Origin: an uncultured delta proteobacterium
GTDB lineage: Bacteria; Myxococcota_A; UBA9160; UBA4427
Direction: 5' to 3'
Length of the DNA stretch: 64,000 bases
Assembly (NCBI GenBank): GCA_963822965.1
Contig: CAWGJT010000005.1
Coordinates: 1,664,001-1,728,000, forward strand
This document shows, piece after piece, positions 51,331-62,948 of the stretch. The notes under the pieces are model-generated. The model did not search any database. It was not told the DNA's origin and was given only the letters and a program-made list of their open reading frames with translations. Made by a program: the position numbers and the translations under genes. Within the stretch, counting starts at the first letter, position 1; each line of letters begins with the position of its first letter.

Positions 51331-52637
51331 AGCTCGAAGCTCCGGGGGAAGGGGCATCGTCCCTCGCTGATGTGGCTGTGGAAGTCCTGGGCGAAGTGGC
51401 GCAGCAGGCCCTGCACGGGCCAGGCGGCGGCGTCCGCGAAGGCGCAGATCGTCTGGCCCTCCATCTTGCCGGCAGACGTCCTTCAGGATCGCCATGTCCT
51501 CCATCGAGCCCGGCCCCGCGCTCGATGCGCTCCACGATGCGGTTGAGCCAGCCCGTGCCCTCCCGGCACTGGGTGCACTGGCCGCAGCTCTCGTCCCGGA
51601 AGAAGTGGGTGATGACGCAGGCCGTCCGCACCATGCAGGTGGTGTCGTCCATGACGATGACGCCGCCCGTGCCGAGCATGAGCTGTCGCGCTCGCGCAGG
51701 AACTCGTTCGCCATGGGCACGTCGAGCTGTCCCGCCGGCAGTACCGGCATGGAGACGCCGCCCGGGATCACGCCCTTCACCTTGCGGCCCGGCGGCGCGC
51801 CGCCGGCGTGCTGGAAGACGATCTCGTCGAGCGGCGTGCCCAGCGGCAGCTCGAAGAGGCCCGGGCGCACCACGTGCCCGGAGACGCCGAAGATCGTGGT
51901 GCCGGGGCTCTCCTTCGGTGCCGAAGCCGCGGAACCAGTCGGCGCCCTTCTCCAGGATGTGCGGCACGTGGCACAGGGTCTCGACGTTGTTCACGGTGGT
52001 GGGCATGCCGAAGGCGCCGTACTGCCGCGGGGAAGGGCGGCTTCTTGCGCGGCTGGCCCTTGTGCCCCCGAGCGACTCCAGCAGGCCCGTCTCCTCGCCG
52101 CAGATGTAGGCGCCGGCGCCCCGCACGAGCACGACGTCGTGGGCGAACTTGCTGCCCAGCACCTTCTTGCCCAGCACGCGGCCCTTGCGGGCCTCGTCGA
52201 TGGCGCGCTCCAGCATCGCGCGCCGCCTGGCCGTACTCGCCGCGGACGTAGACGAAGGTCTTCTCGGCGCGGATCGCGAAGGCGGCGATCAGGATGCCCT
52301 CGAGCAGCAGGTGCGGCGCCGCGCTCGAGCAGCAGGCGGTCCTTGAAGGAGCCGGGCTCGGACTCGTCCGCGTTGCAGACCAGGTAGCTTGGGGCGCCTC
52401 GCGCGAGCTCCTCGGGCATGAACGACCACTTGAGCCCGGTCACGAAGCCCGCGCCGCCGCGGCCCGCGGAGGCCGGACTCCTTGACCAGCTCGATCACGT
52501 CGCCGGGCGACATGCTCGAGACGACGCGCTTGGCGGTCGCGTAGCCCCCGCGCGCCCGGTAGCCCTCGAGCGTCCCGTAGGCGTCGTCGCCGCAAGTGCT
52601 CGGTGAGGTAGCCGGTGACGAAGGGAGCGCTCTGCAT
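51327..52637 (-). CDS. nuoF: NADH-quinone oxidoreductase subunit F; many frameshifts
   Basis: [54 protein letters not shown]. Confidence 0.92.
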
Positions 52638-52647
52638 CGCGGCTCCC

Positions 52648-53121
52648 CTACTCGAGCGCGTCGATCACGGCCCGGGCCGCGTCGAGATCGAGGTTCTCGT
52701 AGTAGCTCTCGCCGATGCGCATCATCGGGCGCGTACGCGCAGGCCCCGAGGCACTCCTCGCGGCCCAGGTGGATGCGCCCGTCGGCGGTCGTCTCGCCCG
52801 CCCGCACCCCGAGGTGCGACTCGAGCTGCCGCAGCAGGCCGTTCGCGCCCAGCAGCGAGCAGGACAGGTTCGTGCAGACGTACACCTGGTGCCGCCCCTG
52901 CGGCGCGTCGCGCAGCATGTTGTAGAAGTGGACGAGCTCCATCACCTCGACGGGAGCGATCTCGAAGATCTCGCGCCAGCTCGCGTGCCGCTCTCGAGCG
53001 AGACGCAGCCCAGCTCGTCCTGCACGCAGGCGCAGGGCGCGCCAGCAGGCCGCCGCGTCGTCTGCGGGAAGCGCGCGATCTCCGCGTCGATCCGCTCTCG
53101 CAGCGTCTCGGAGATCACCAT
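52648..53121 (-). CDS. nuoE: NADH-quinone oxidoreductase subunit E; frameshifts
   Basis: FYNML...VCTNLSCSLLGA...ECLGACAYAP. Confidence 0.9.
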
Positions 53122-53489
53122 TCGAGGGCGCCCTTCCTCCACTCGTAGACGAGGCCGACGACCAGGGGCAGGGTGAAGACGCCGATCGCGACGAGGCCCG
53201 GCAGCCCCGTCTCCCGGAACGTGGCGCCCCACGGATAGAAGAAGATGGCCTCGACGTCGAAGACCACGAAGAGGATCGCCACCAGGTAGAACTTCACCGC
53301 CATGCGCTGGCGGGGCGAGACGAGCTGCTCCTCGCCGCACTCGAAGGGCTCGAGCTTCTTCGGAAACGCCCGCCGCGGCCCGACGAAGAGATGGACCACC
53401 ATCATCCCAGCGGTGAGCAGCAGGGCGAAACCGAGCATCAGGAGGACGCCGATGTACTCGGAGAGCATGAGAGGCGGCGAATCTAGCAT
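53115..53489 (-). CDS. nuoA: NADH-quinone oxidoreductase subunit A
   Basis: PFECG, FYLVAILFVVFDVEAIFFYPW, YEWRKGALEW. Confidence 0.95.
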   Translation of the reverse strand: MLDSPPLMLSEYIGVLLMLGFALLLTAGMMVVHLFVGPRRAFPKKLEPFECGEEQLVSPRQRMAVKFYLVAILFVVFDVEAIFFYPWGATFRETGLPGLVAIGVFTLPLVVGLVYEWRKGALEW

Positions 53490-53536
53490 TTCCGCCGGGG
53501 TCTCGTGGCGTTCGGCCGGGCCCGGGACGCGGTAGA

Positions 53537-54559
53537 ATGCGGTTCGTGGGTCTGCCCGTCGCGGTCATCGGGGCCGGGAGCTTCGGCACGTGTCTCGCAC
53601 TGCTGTGCGGGCGGGAGAACGACGTGCGGCTGTGGAGCCGCAGCGCGGACGTGGCCGAGGCCATCAACCGCGAGCACCGCAACCCCCGATACCTGCGCGA
53701 GACCGTCCTGCCCCCGTCGGTGCGGGCCACCGTCGTCCCTGGAGGAGGCGCTGGCGCGGCAGCGAGATGGTCGATCTGCGCGGTGCCGAGCCACGGGGTG
53801 CGCGACGTGATGGCGCAGGCGGCGCCCTACCTCGTCGCCGGACTCGATCCTGGTCTCCGCCGTGAAGGGCCTCGAGTACGAGACCGGCATGACGATGCAC
53901 CAGGTGCTCGAGGACGTGCTGCCGGACGTCCACCACCCGCGCATCGTGTGCCTCTCCGGGCCCCTCGTTCGCCCACGAGATCGCCCGCCAGCTCCCGACG
54001 GTGGTCACCCTCGCCTGCCGCGAGGAGGCCTACGCGATCTCCGTGCAGGCCACGCTCTCGTGCCCGTGGTTCCGCTGCTACTCCAACACGCGACGTCATC
54101 GGGGTGGAGATCGGAGGCGCGCTCAAGAACGTGATCGCCATCGCCGTCGGGCATCGGCGACGGCATGCGGCAGGGCCACAACTCGCGCGCCGCGCTGATG
54201 ACCCGGGGCCTCGCGGAGATCACCCGCCTCGGCCTGCGACTGGGGGCAGAACGCTCCACCTTCCTCGGGCCTGGCGGGCATGGGCGACCTGCTGCTGACC
54301 TGCACGGGCGATCTGTCGCGCAACCGGCGGGTGGGCCTCGCCCTCGGCCAGGGGCGCGAGCTCGACGACATCCTGAAGGAGATGGGCGAGGTCGCCGAGG
54401 GCGTGCAGACCACCCGCGCGGTGTGCCGGCTGGCCGAGCGGCTGGACGTGGACATGCCGATCTCGAACATGGTCCGCGCAGGTGATCGACGGCGAGCGGA
54501 CTCCCGCCGAGGCGGGCCACCACCTGATGACCCGGCAGCTGCGGAGCGAGCGGGACTGA
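53537..54559 (+). CDS. gpsA: NAD(P)H-dependent glycerol-3-phosphate dehydrogenase; frameshifts
   Basis: [64 protein letters not shown]. Confidence 0.93.
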
Positions 54560-54634
54560 GTGCCCGGCTCCCGCCGGCGGCCGTACCCGCGGCCCCGGCA
54601 GGGCCCTACGAGGCGCGAGGAAGAGGCGATCCCG

Positions 54635-54770
54635 AATAGAGAACGTGTTCCCATTAAGCCCTGCATTCCACGAGCTGGATTTCTCCTTTGAAACCGGTTA
54701 GCTGGGGGCTTGCCCCGGAGTCGATCCCCGCTAGGATTCCGCTGCCCTAAATGAAAACGGATTTCAATTT
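54635..54770. promoter_or_regulatory. Putative Fur-type boxes upstream of feoAB
   Basis: AT-rich imperfect palindromes AATAGAGAACGTGTTCCCATT (54635-54655) and TGAAA-ACGGA-TTTCA (54752-54766). Confidence 0.5.
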
Positions 54771-54772
54771 CA

Positions 54773-55087
54773 GTGACCCAGTCCCATCCCCAAGCTTTCC
54801 GAGCCGCCGAGCTTCCCGAGCCGCCGCACACTCGCTCACCTCGACGAGCTGGCGCCCGGCCAGACGGCCACGGTCGTCTCGATCGACGACTCGGGGCCCG
54901 TCGGCCGGCGCCTGCTCGACCTGGGGCTGCTTCCCGGCACCCGCGTGCGATGCGCTCCGCTACGCGCCGCTGGGCGACCCGGGCGTCTTCGAGCTGCGGG
55001 GCTACCGACTCTGCCTGCGCCGCACCGAGACCGGCTCGCGTGCGCATCCGCGTCGACGCCCGGCACGAGCGATCGGGCGCCGCATGA
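54773..55087 (+). CDS. feoA: Ferrous iron transport protein A; frameshifts
   Basis: LDELAPGQTATV...RRLLDLGLLPGT...APLGDPGVFELRGYRLCLRR. Confidence 0.85.
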   Translation: MTQSHPQAFRAAELPEPPHTRSPRRAGARPDGHGRLDRRLGARRPAPARPGAASRHPRAMRSATRRWATRASSSCGATDSACAAPRPARVRIRVDARHERSGAA

Positions 55088-57009
55088 ACGCGAGCCCGCA
55101 CGCGCCCGCCCTGCGAGCCGGGCACCCCTGCGGCTCGGTCTCATCGGGAGCCCGAACGCGGGCAAGACCACCCTCTTCAACGCGCTCACCGGCCTGCGCG
55201 CGCGCGTCGGCAACTATCCCGGGGTCACCGTCGAGCGGCGCGAGGGCGAGCTCGACCTCGGCGGGCGACGCGCGATCGTGATCGACCTGCCCGGCACCTA
55301 CAGCCTCGACCCCATCAGCGCCGACGAGGCGGTGGTCGCGCGGGTGATCGAGCACCGCATCTCGGGCGTCGACGCGCCGGACGCCCTGGTGGTCGTCGCC
55401 GACGCCTGCTCGCTCGAGCGCTCGCTGATGCTGATCGGGCAGGTGATGCGCCCGCGGCCTGCCCACCTGCCTCGTGCTCACGATGGTGGACGAGCTGCAG
55501 GCCCGGGGCGGCGTCATCGACCACGCGCGGCTCGAGGCGCGCCCTCGGCATCCCGGTGGTCGAGGTGGTGGGCCACCGCGGGCGCGGCATCGACCGCCTG
55601 CGCGAGCTGCTCGCCGACCCCGAGCGCCTGGTCGCGGGCGCCGCATCCCGCCGCCCGCGCGACCCCTACGAGCGCGGCGGCCTGGGCGGACTCGATCGCC
55701 GCCCACGTGATCACCCGGCGCCCCGGGCCACAACCGCCTCACCGAGGCGGTCGACCGCTTCGTGCTGCACCCGCTCTGGGGCACGCTGCTCTTCGCGGTC
55801 GTCATGGTGACCTTCTTCCAGCTGATCTTCGCCTGGGCGGCGCCCGCCATGGACGCGATCGACGGCGCCATCGCGGCCGCGGCCGGCGCCATCCACGCGC
55901 GCCCTGCCCCACTCGCTGGTGGCCGACTTCCTGGCGCGACGGCCTGGTCGCCGGCGTCGGCTCGGTGGTGATCTTCCTGCCCCAGATCGTGCTGCTCTTC
56001 TCGCTTCTCTATCTGCTCGAGGACGTCGGCTACATGGCGCGCGCGGCCTTCGTGGTCGACCGCGTGATGGGCAGGATCGGCCTCGAGGGGCGCATCCTTC
56101 GTGGCGCTGCTCTCCTCCTACGCGTGCGCCGTCCCCGGCATCATGGCGACGCGCACGATCCCGTCGCCGCGCGACCGCCTGGTGACGATCCTGGTGGCGC
56201 CGCTCATGACCTGCTCGGCGCGGCTTCCCGTCTACGCGCTGCTGATCGGCGCCTTCGTGCCGGCCAGGCACGGTGCTGGGGCCCATCGGCCTGCAGGGGC
56301 TCGTGCTGCTCGGGCCTGTACCTGCTGGGCGCCGACGGTGGCCCTGCTGGTGGCCGCGCGTGCTCAAGCGCACGCTGCTGCCCGGCGAGGGGCTGCCCTT
56401 CACCATGGAGCTTCCGTCCTACCGCATGCCCGACCTTCTCGCTCTGGTTCAGCCAGGTGCTGGGGCAGCGCCCGGGCCTTCCTGCGGCGCGCGGGCACGA
56501 TCATCCTGGCGGCCTCGATCGTGCTGTGGCTGCTGCTGAACTTCCCGCACGTGCCCCGGCCCGACGGCGCCTCGGACGCCGAGGCCTCGCGCTACGCGCT
56601 CGAGCACAGCTACGCGGGCCGCGCCGGACACGCGATCGAGCCGCTGATCGAGCCCCTGGGATTCGACTGGAAGATCGGCGTCGGCCTGGTCGCGAGCCTC
56701 GCGGCACGCGAGGTGATCGTCGCCACCCTGGCCCAGATCTACGCCGCCGGCGACGAGGTGCGTTCCCTGCGCGGCGCCATCCGCGCGGACGTGCACCCGG
56801 ACACCGGGAAGCCGGTCTTCGGCCCCCCGACGGTGGCCGCGCTGCTGGTCTTCTTCGTCTTCGCGCTGCAGTGCATGTCGACCCTCGCCATCATGCGGCG
56901 GGAGACGAACTCCTGGCGCTGGCCGGCCTTCGCGTTCAGCTACATGCTGGTGCTGGCCTGGACCATGTCGTTCCTCGCCAACCGCGTCGTGTCCGCGATC
57001 GTGAGCTAG
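55084..57009 (+). CDS. feoB: Ferrous iron transport protein B; many frameshifts
   Basis: GSPNAGKTTLFNALTG, NYPGVTVE, DLPGTYSL, GYMARAAF, CAVPGIMATR, CSARLPVY, LAAREV, QCMST. Confidence 0.93.
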
Positions 57010-57018
57010 CGTGACGGC

Positions 57019-57903
57019 ATGAAACGCTCGCGCCCCGGTCGGCCGGCTTCGTCCCGAGCGGGCCTTCTCCTGCTGGCCCTCGCGTCCGTCCTGCCCGTCG
57101 CGTGCATCACGCGCGACGTGAAGGACACCATCGTCGAGCGCCGGGACGTGATCGTCGCCCTGCGCGAGCACAAGAAGGGCTTCGAGGTCATCCCGCGCGG
57201 CTTCCAGCACCCGGCGCGGATCGCGCCCCAGCGGCTCCAGAACATCCTCGGCGCCATCGACGTGCGCGGGCGCGAGACCGATCTGGCCGGCCTGCGAGCC
57301 GCCTTCGACCCCGCTCAGGTGCCGGTGGCCGCAGAGGCCCTGGCCGAGGGGCTGAGCAAGGCGAACCCGAACCAGGAGGTCGCCGTCACCCTCATCCGCA
57401 AGGAGATGCAGCACGTCATCTTCGACCGCAAGCGTCTCACCTCGTTCGTCGCGTACGTGCAGGACGGCCTCCTCTATCTGTACTTCTCCCGCATCGACTG
57501 GGAGATTCCAGACCTCGTGAAGAAGACGTCGCTGCCCGAGCCCCAGGTGGACGAGCATCCGATGAAGTTCAAGGTGATTCCGGTGGAGGGGATGTACTCG
57601 GAGAGCTCGTACGCGGTCTCCGTGGACTGGCAGGATCCGATCTTCCAGAACCCCCTGCCGCGGACGGTCGCCGGCGAGGGCGACCGGCGCGAGCGGACGA
57701 TCCTGATGGAGGCGCCCGAGCGAGCCGCGCCCCGGCGCTCGTCGCTACCTGCCGATCTGTTGCCGTATCTCACCCCCGACCAGCTGCGAGAGCTGGCCGA
57801 TCTCGAAGAGGCCCGGCAGAACGGCGGCATGACCGAGGGCCGCTACCGCCGCGAGCGCGAGAAGATCCTCGACGAAGCCCGGGCCTCCGCCACCTCCGAG
57901 TGA
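57019..57903 (+). CDS. Predicted lipoprotein with SHOCT-like C-terminus
   Basis: LPVA-C lipobox; C-term LRELADLEEARQNGGMTEGRYRREREKIL. Confidence 0.7.
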   Translation: MKRSRPGRPASSRAGLLLLALASVLPVACITRDVKDTIVERRDVIVALREHKKGFEVIPRGFQHPARIAPQRLQNILGAIDVRGRETDLAGLRAAFDPAQVPVAAEALAEGLSKANPNQEVAVTLIRKEMQHVIFDRKRLTSFVAYVQDGLLYLYFSRIDWEIPDLVKKTSLPEPQVDEHPMKFKVIPVEGMYSESSYAVSVDWQDPIFQNPLPRTVAGEGDRRERTILMEAPERAAPRRSSLPADLLPYLTPDQLRELADLEEARQNGGMTEGRYRREREKILDEARASATSE

Positions 57904-58110
57904 GCCCCGGCCACCTACTTCTGCCGCTCGGCGCCCGTCTCCGCGCTGACCGTGCTGCCGCTCGGGCCGGCCCGTGGCGGGCGGGCTGCCTGTGAGTGGC
58001 CGTCCGCGGCCCGGCCGGTGGGGGCGGAGGCCCTCCGGATTTCATAACGTCGTGTCCGCGCGGCCGGCTCCGGCACGAATGGCCGCACAGGAATAGAGGC
58101 CCCCCAGAAA

Positions 58111-61100
58111 ATGCTGATCCTCCTCGAGATCCTGATCGTTGCGGTCCTGGCCCTCCTGACCGCGCGCTTCGTCCCGCAGCCGCACCGCCGGCGCGTGATG
58201 AACGTCTTCAAGCTCTACCTCACCGTGCGCATGGTGTGGCTGCTGCTCGCCTGGCCGATGAAGACCGAGGACGGCAGCTTCGTTCCAGCCTGGAGCCTCG
58301 TGCTCGAGGTCATCCGCAACATCGACGCGACCACGTTCTTCTCGTTCCTGCTCGTGGGCGCGGTGATCCGCTTCGTGGGCATCCTGGGGTCGATGCTGCG
58401 CTGGCAGCTGGTGCTGCTCGGCCAGGGCATCGAGATGCCCTTCCGGCACATCTTCGGGGCCTTCCTGATCGGCCGCGCCATCGGCTTCTTCCTGCCGAGC
58501 ACGGCCGGGCTCGACGCCTACAAGCTCTACGACGCTGCGCGCTTCAGCGGCAAGACGGTGGAGGTGACCGCCGGCACCGTGCTCGAGAAGGTGCTGGGCG
58601 TGACCGGCATCTTCCTGACGTTCCTCATCGCCCTGCCCTTCGGCATCTCCATCTTCGGCGAGAACGCCGCCGCCGTCGCGGCCATCACCGTGCCCATGGC
58701 GACGCGGCATCATCGGCGCCCTGCTCGTGGTGCTGTGGTTCCCGGGCCTGGTGCAGTGGGTGATCGAGAACATCCCGATCCCCGGCAAGCTACGCCTCCA
58801 AAGCCTGGTGATCCGCATCTCGAACGCGTCGGCCGCCTACCGCGACAAGAAGGTGCTCGTGCTCGCGATGCTCTTCCTGAGCTTCAGCGTGCACTTCACC
58901 ACGGCCGCCATGTACTACTTCATGGCGCTGGCCGTGGGCGCCGGCGCCACGGCCGCCTTCTGGCCCATCGTGTTCGGCTCCGCGATCCAGATCTTCGCCA
59001 CCGTCATCGGCCCCACCGTCGGTGGCCTGGGCATCCGCGAGGCCGCCCAGGCGCTCACCATCGGCGGCCTCATCGGCGTGGGCCCGGCCATCCTCTCCGC
59101 CACCCTCGGCTTCTGGGTGGGCGAGTTCCCGACCATCTTCGGCTTCGTCTTCTGGTTCGTGCGCGGCGACGACTACCGGCCGGCCTACTGCCGCGTGAAC
59201 GGCGACCAGGTGGACTACGAGGAGGCTGCGCGCGCGGCCGTCGCCCTGGAGACCCACGAGGACCGGCTGGCGCGCGAGGAGCGCGAGAGCAACCTGGACG
59301 TGCTGCCGTCCCTCGGCGCGCGCGTGCTGACGAGCGCCGGCTACGGGCTGGGCGCGGGCGTGCTGGCGGGCATCATCGTCGGCGTGATCGAGAGCGTGGT
59401 GGTGGCGCATGGCGGCTTCGGCGGCGACGCCCAGGTGCTCTGGTACTCACCGCTGGCCCACGCCGTGGTGCTCGGCGGCCTGTGCACCCTGGGCGGTGCC
59501 GTGCTGGGCGTGCTGCCCATGGACCGCCAGGAGATCCGGGGCTGGACGCCCAGCCTGGCGATGCTGGCCACCCTGGTTCCCCTGGGCCTGTTCATCACGA
59601 TCTTCCGCCTGCGGCGCGACGTCTACGCCGAGCAGATGCCGCCCGTGCCGTTGCTGCTCGCGGTGCTGGCCGCGGGCGTCGTGGTGGCGGCCATCCTCTT
59701 CTTCGGCGGCCGGCGCATCTTCCAGTCGCCCTTCGGCAACCTGGTGAAGCCGGGCGTCGCCCTGGGCGCTGCTGGTGGTCGCCGTCGGCGTCGGTGCGGT
59801 GCTCGCCAACACGGTCTTCGGACCGCCTTCGATCGAGCGCGAGAGCGCCGGCATCCCGGCCCGCCTGAAGGACCGGCCGAACGTCATCCTGGTGATGGTG
59901 GACACCCTGCGCGCCGACCACCTCTCCTGCTACGGCTCGAAAGAGGTTCGCACCCCAACATCTGCAGCCTGGCGGCGGACGGCGGCTCGCGCTTCGCCGG
60001 CTTCTCCCACGCGTCCTGGACGAAGCCCGCGACGGCCTCGCTGCTGACGTCGCTGGTGCCGTCGAGCCACAAGGCCATGTCGAAGCCCGCGACGCTCTCG
60101 CCCGAGGTCACCCTCGTCTCCGAGGTGATGAAGGAGCAGGGCTACACGACGGGCGGCATCGTCTCGAACATCAACCTGGCCGAGAGCTTCGGCTTCGACC
60201 AGGGCTACGACGAGTACCACTACCTGGCACCGGCCTACATCGCCTGGGCGAAGGAATCGTCGTCCAAGCTCATCCTCTATCAGCTGGCCCGCCAGGTGGT
60301 CTTCCGCTTCAAGAGCGGCATCTCCTTCGACGGCTTCTACCAGGATTCGGAGGTGGTCAACGAAGTGGCGATGGACTGGATCGATCGCCACAAGGACGAG
60401 CGCTTCTTCCTCTTCCTGCACTACATGGACGTCCACGACCCCTACTTCGCTCACCCCTACAACGGCGAGGGCATCGCCCGCGTCTCGAACCAGCACCCGA
60501 GCCCCGAGCTGGCCGAGAAGATGCAGCGCCTCTACACGGGCGAGGTCGAGTACCTCGACGCGAACTTCGGCAAGTTCCTGGCCAAGCTGCGACAGGCGGG
60601 CGTCTACGACGACACGGTGATCGCCCTGGTGGCCGACCACGGCGAGGAGTTCCACGAGCACGGCGGCTGGTGGCACGGTCTCACGCTCTACGAGGAGCAG
60701 ATCTCGGTTCCCGTGATCATCAAGTGGGCGAAGAACGACCGTCACGCGCCCCCCGCGCCCCATCGCATGGCGCGCCTCATCGACATCGCCCCCACCCTCA
60801 TCGCCCAGGCGGGCGCCAAGCCGGCCCAGGGCATGCAGGGCGTCGACCTGGCGGTGGACGAGTCGATGCTCTCGCCCAAGGACACGCAGGTCTTCTCCGA
60901 GGAGGACCACGAGGGCAACGTGCTGTGGTCGCTGCGGACGCGGGATTGGAAGCTCATCCACGCCAACGCCGGCAACCCGCGCGGCCTGCCCGAGGAGTCG
61001 CTCTTCGAGGTGAGCGACGATCCCCACGAGACCCGCAACCTGGCGGGCGGCGAGCACACCGACAAGGAGCAGGAGCTGGCCCAGCACGCCGACATGCAGC

Positions 61101-61216
61101 GCGCCTACGCGGAAGGCCAGGCGGTGGCCGGCGGCGGCGACGCGGAGATGACCCTCGAAGAGTGCCGGCAGCTCATGAACCTCGGCTACGTCGAAGACTG
61201 CTCCCACCTGAACTGA
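58111..61216 (+). CDS. Fusion of an LPG-synthase-TM/flippase-like membrane domain and a sulfatase-superfamily domain; frameshifts near 58700, 59770, 59950
   Basis: RWQLVL, FFLPSTAGLD, EKVLG, PTVGGLGIREAA; then PNVILVMVDTLRADHL, SWTKPATASLLT, FLHYMDVHDPY, ADHGEEFHEHG..WHG.TLYEE. Confidence 0.78.
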
Positions 61217-61300
61217 GGCGGCCGGCGAGGCCAGCCGTCGCAGGCGCGCCGCGCTTCTCTGCGGGCGCGCCACACCCCGCAAACGGGGAACGGGAGGCGG

Positions 61301-61576
61301 ATGGATCCGAAGCTCTTCGCCACCGTCTTCGCCACGGTGTTCGTCGCCGAGCTGGGGGACAAGACCCAGCTCGCCACCCTGCTCTACGCCTCCGACGCGA
61401 GCGCGCCGAAGGTCACCGTCTTCGCGGCGGCCGCGTCCGCGCTGCTGGTAGCGACGGCGCTGGGCGTGCTCGCCGGGGGCGTGCTCTCCGCGTACGTGAA
61501 CCCGAAGATCGTGCGCTGGCTGGCGGGCCTGGGCTTCATCGCGGTGGGCGTCTGGGTGCTGGTGTCGTCGGAATGA
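61301..61576 (+). CDS. TMEM165/GDT1 (UPF0016) family protein, single-repeat form
   Basis: AELGDKTQLAT motif; three TM helices. Confidence 0.9.
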   Translation: MDPKLFATVFATVFVAELGDKTQLATLLYASDASAPKVTVFAAAASALLVATALGVLAGGVLSAYVNPKIVRWLAGLGFIAVGVWVLVSSE

Positions 61577-61851
61577 AGCCTTCGCGGCGGGCAGGACCGG
61601 TGCTCTCCCTGACGTTGCTCGCGTTGGCGCTGGGCCTCGCGGCCTGTCGCTCGGAGACGCCGTCCGAGCTGATCACCCTCTGTCACGATCCTCGCTCCCC
61701 CGTCTGCACCCGCGAGTACCGGCCCGTCTGCGGAGAGCGCCGGGACGGCAGCCGCCACACCTACGCCAACGCCTGCGAGGCGTGCGCGAGCTCGCAGGTC
61801 GTGGGCCACCGCCCCGGTGCCTGCGAGAGCGACCCCGAAGAAGCCAGCTGA
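61573..61851 (+). CDS. Small lipoprotein with Kazal-like Cys-rich domain
   Basis: LAA-C lipobox; CTREYRPVCG...TYANACEAC...GAC; ATGA overlap with upstream gene. Confidence 0.8.
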   Translation: MKPSRRAGPVLSLTLLALALGLAACRSETPSELITLCHDPRSPVCTREYRPVCGERRDGSRHTYANACEACASSQVVGHRPGACESDPEEAS

Positions 61852-61977
61852 CCCGAGCCCGCTGGGACCGAATGGGACAACGCCGTCCCAGCTCGTCTCC
61901 GCCGCAGCGATGTCGACGCGGCACGACGTGCCCGGGCGAGGCACGAACCGTGCAATGGTTCCTCGCTGGAGAGTGAT

Positions 61978-62196
61978 ATGGCATCCGACCGCGAGCTGGT
62001 GGGCAGGCATGTCCAGGCGCTGCTCGGCGAATCCCGAGGCGCGGGCGTGCCCCCGGACGTGGTCGGTCGGCTCCTCGTGCAGGAAGCGATCGAGATCTGG
62101 AAGCAGCAACGCAGCCTCACGGACATCCAGAGCGAGCTCGAGTTCATCGCCGGGCACCTGGACCCCGACACGGACTTCGAGTTCATGCGCCCGTAG
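61978..62196 (+). CDS. Small hypothetical protein
   Basis: GGAGAG RBS; 72 aa ending LDPDTDFEFMRP; typical codon usage. Confidence 0.7.
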   Translation: MASDRELVGRHVQALLGESRGAGVPPDVVGRLLVQEAIEIWKQQRSLTDIQSELEFIAGHLDPDTDFEFMRP

Positions 62197-62275
62197 GTCC
62201 GTAGGCAAGGAGGGTGCGGGGAAGCCAGGAGAGAGAGGCAGCAGCGAGGAGCCGGTACCGCAAGGAGGACGCGCG

Positions 62276-62812
62276 ATGACGACCACCGACACCCGACGGC
62301 GGGACTGGCGCCATCCCCTCGGCGCTGCACGGAGTCTGCTCGGAGGGCTCTTCGAAAAGCCGCCGCTCCGTGCCTGGCGTCGCGAGCACGTGGGCCTGCG
62401 GGCGCACGGCGGACGGCTGCCCGCCGAGACTTGGCGCGTGGTGGAGCGCATCGAGGCCTGCAACGGCGAAGACCGTGCCGCGCGTCGTGGCCGGCGCGCG
62501 CTCGCCGCCTTCGAGCACCGGCTGGCAGTCCACCTGGCACACGAGGAGGACAGCGGACACCTCGCCGCGGCGCTCGAAGCGGCGCCCCGGTATCGGAACC
62601 ACGCCCGCAAGCTGCGAGCCGAGCACGAGGAGCTGCTGCTCGAGATGCGGCGCGTCCGCGAGCTCGCCGTCGAGGCCGGCGTGTCGGCGGAGGCGTGGGC
62701 AGAGGTACATCGGGCCTGCGGAGACTTCGCGGAACGGCTCTTCGCCCACGACGAGGCCGAGAACGAGATCATGGTGAGCGCCTTCCTCGACGACCTCGGC
62801 GAGGGCGGCTGA
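62276..62812 (+). CDS. Hemerythrin-like domain protein
   Basis: AGGAGG RBS; HLAHEE, LRAEHEELL, AHDEAEN motifs. Confidence 0.65.
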   Translation: MTTTDTRRRDWRHPLGAARSLLGGLFEKPPLRAWRREHVGLRAHGGRLPAETWRVVERIEACNGEDRAARRGRRALAAFEHRLAVHLAHEEDSGHLAAALEAAPRYRNHARKLRAEHEELLLEMRRVRELAVEAGVSAEAWAEVHRACGDFAERLFAHDEAENEIMVSAFLDDLGEGG

Positions 62813-62948
62813 GGAGAGCGGGCGGGGCGCGCGGGCTGAGCCGAGTGGGGCGCGCGGACGGAGTCGAAAGCAGCGGGCGAATCGCCTATTCGTTCCTCCA
62901 CTCGTCGGCCCGTTTCGACGAGCCCACACCAGCGCGAGGAAACCCACC

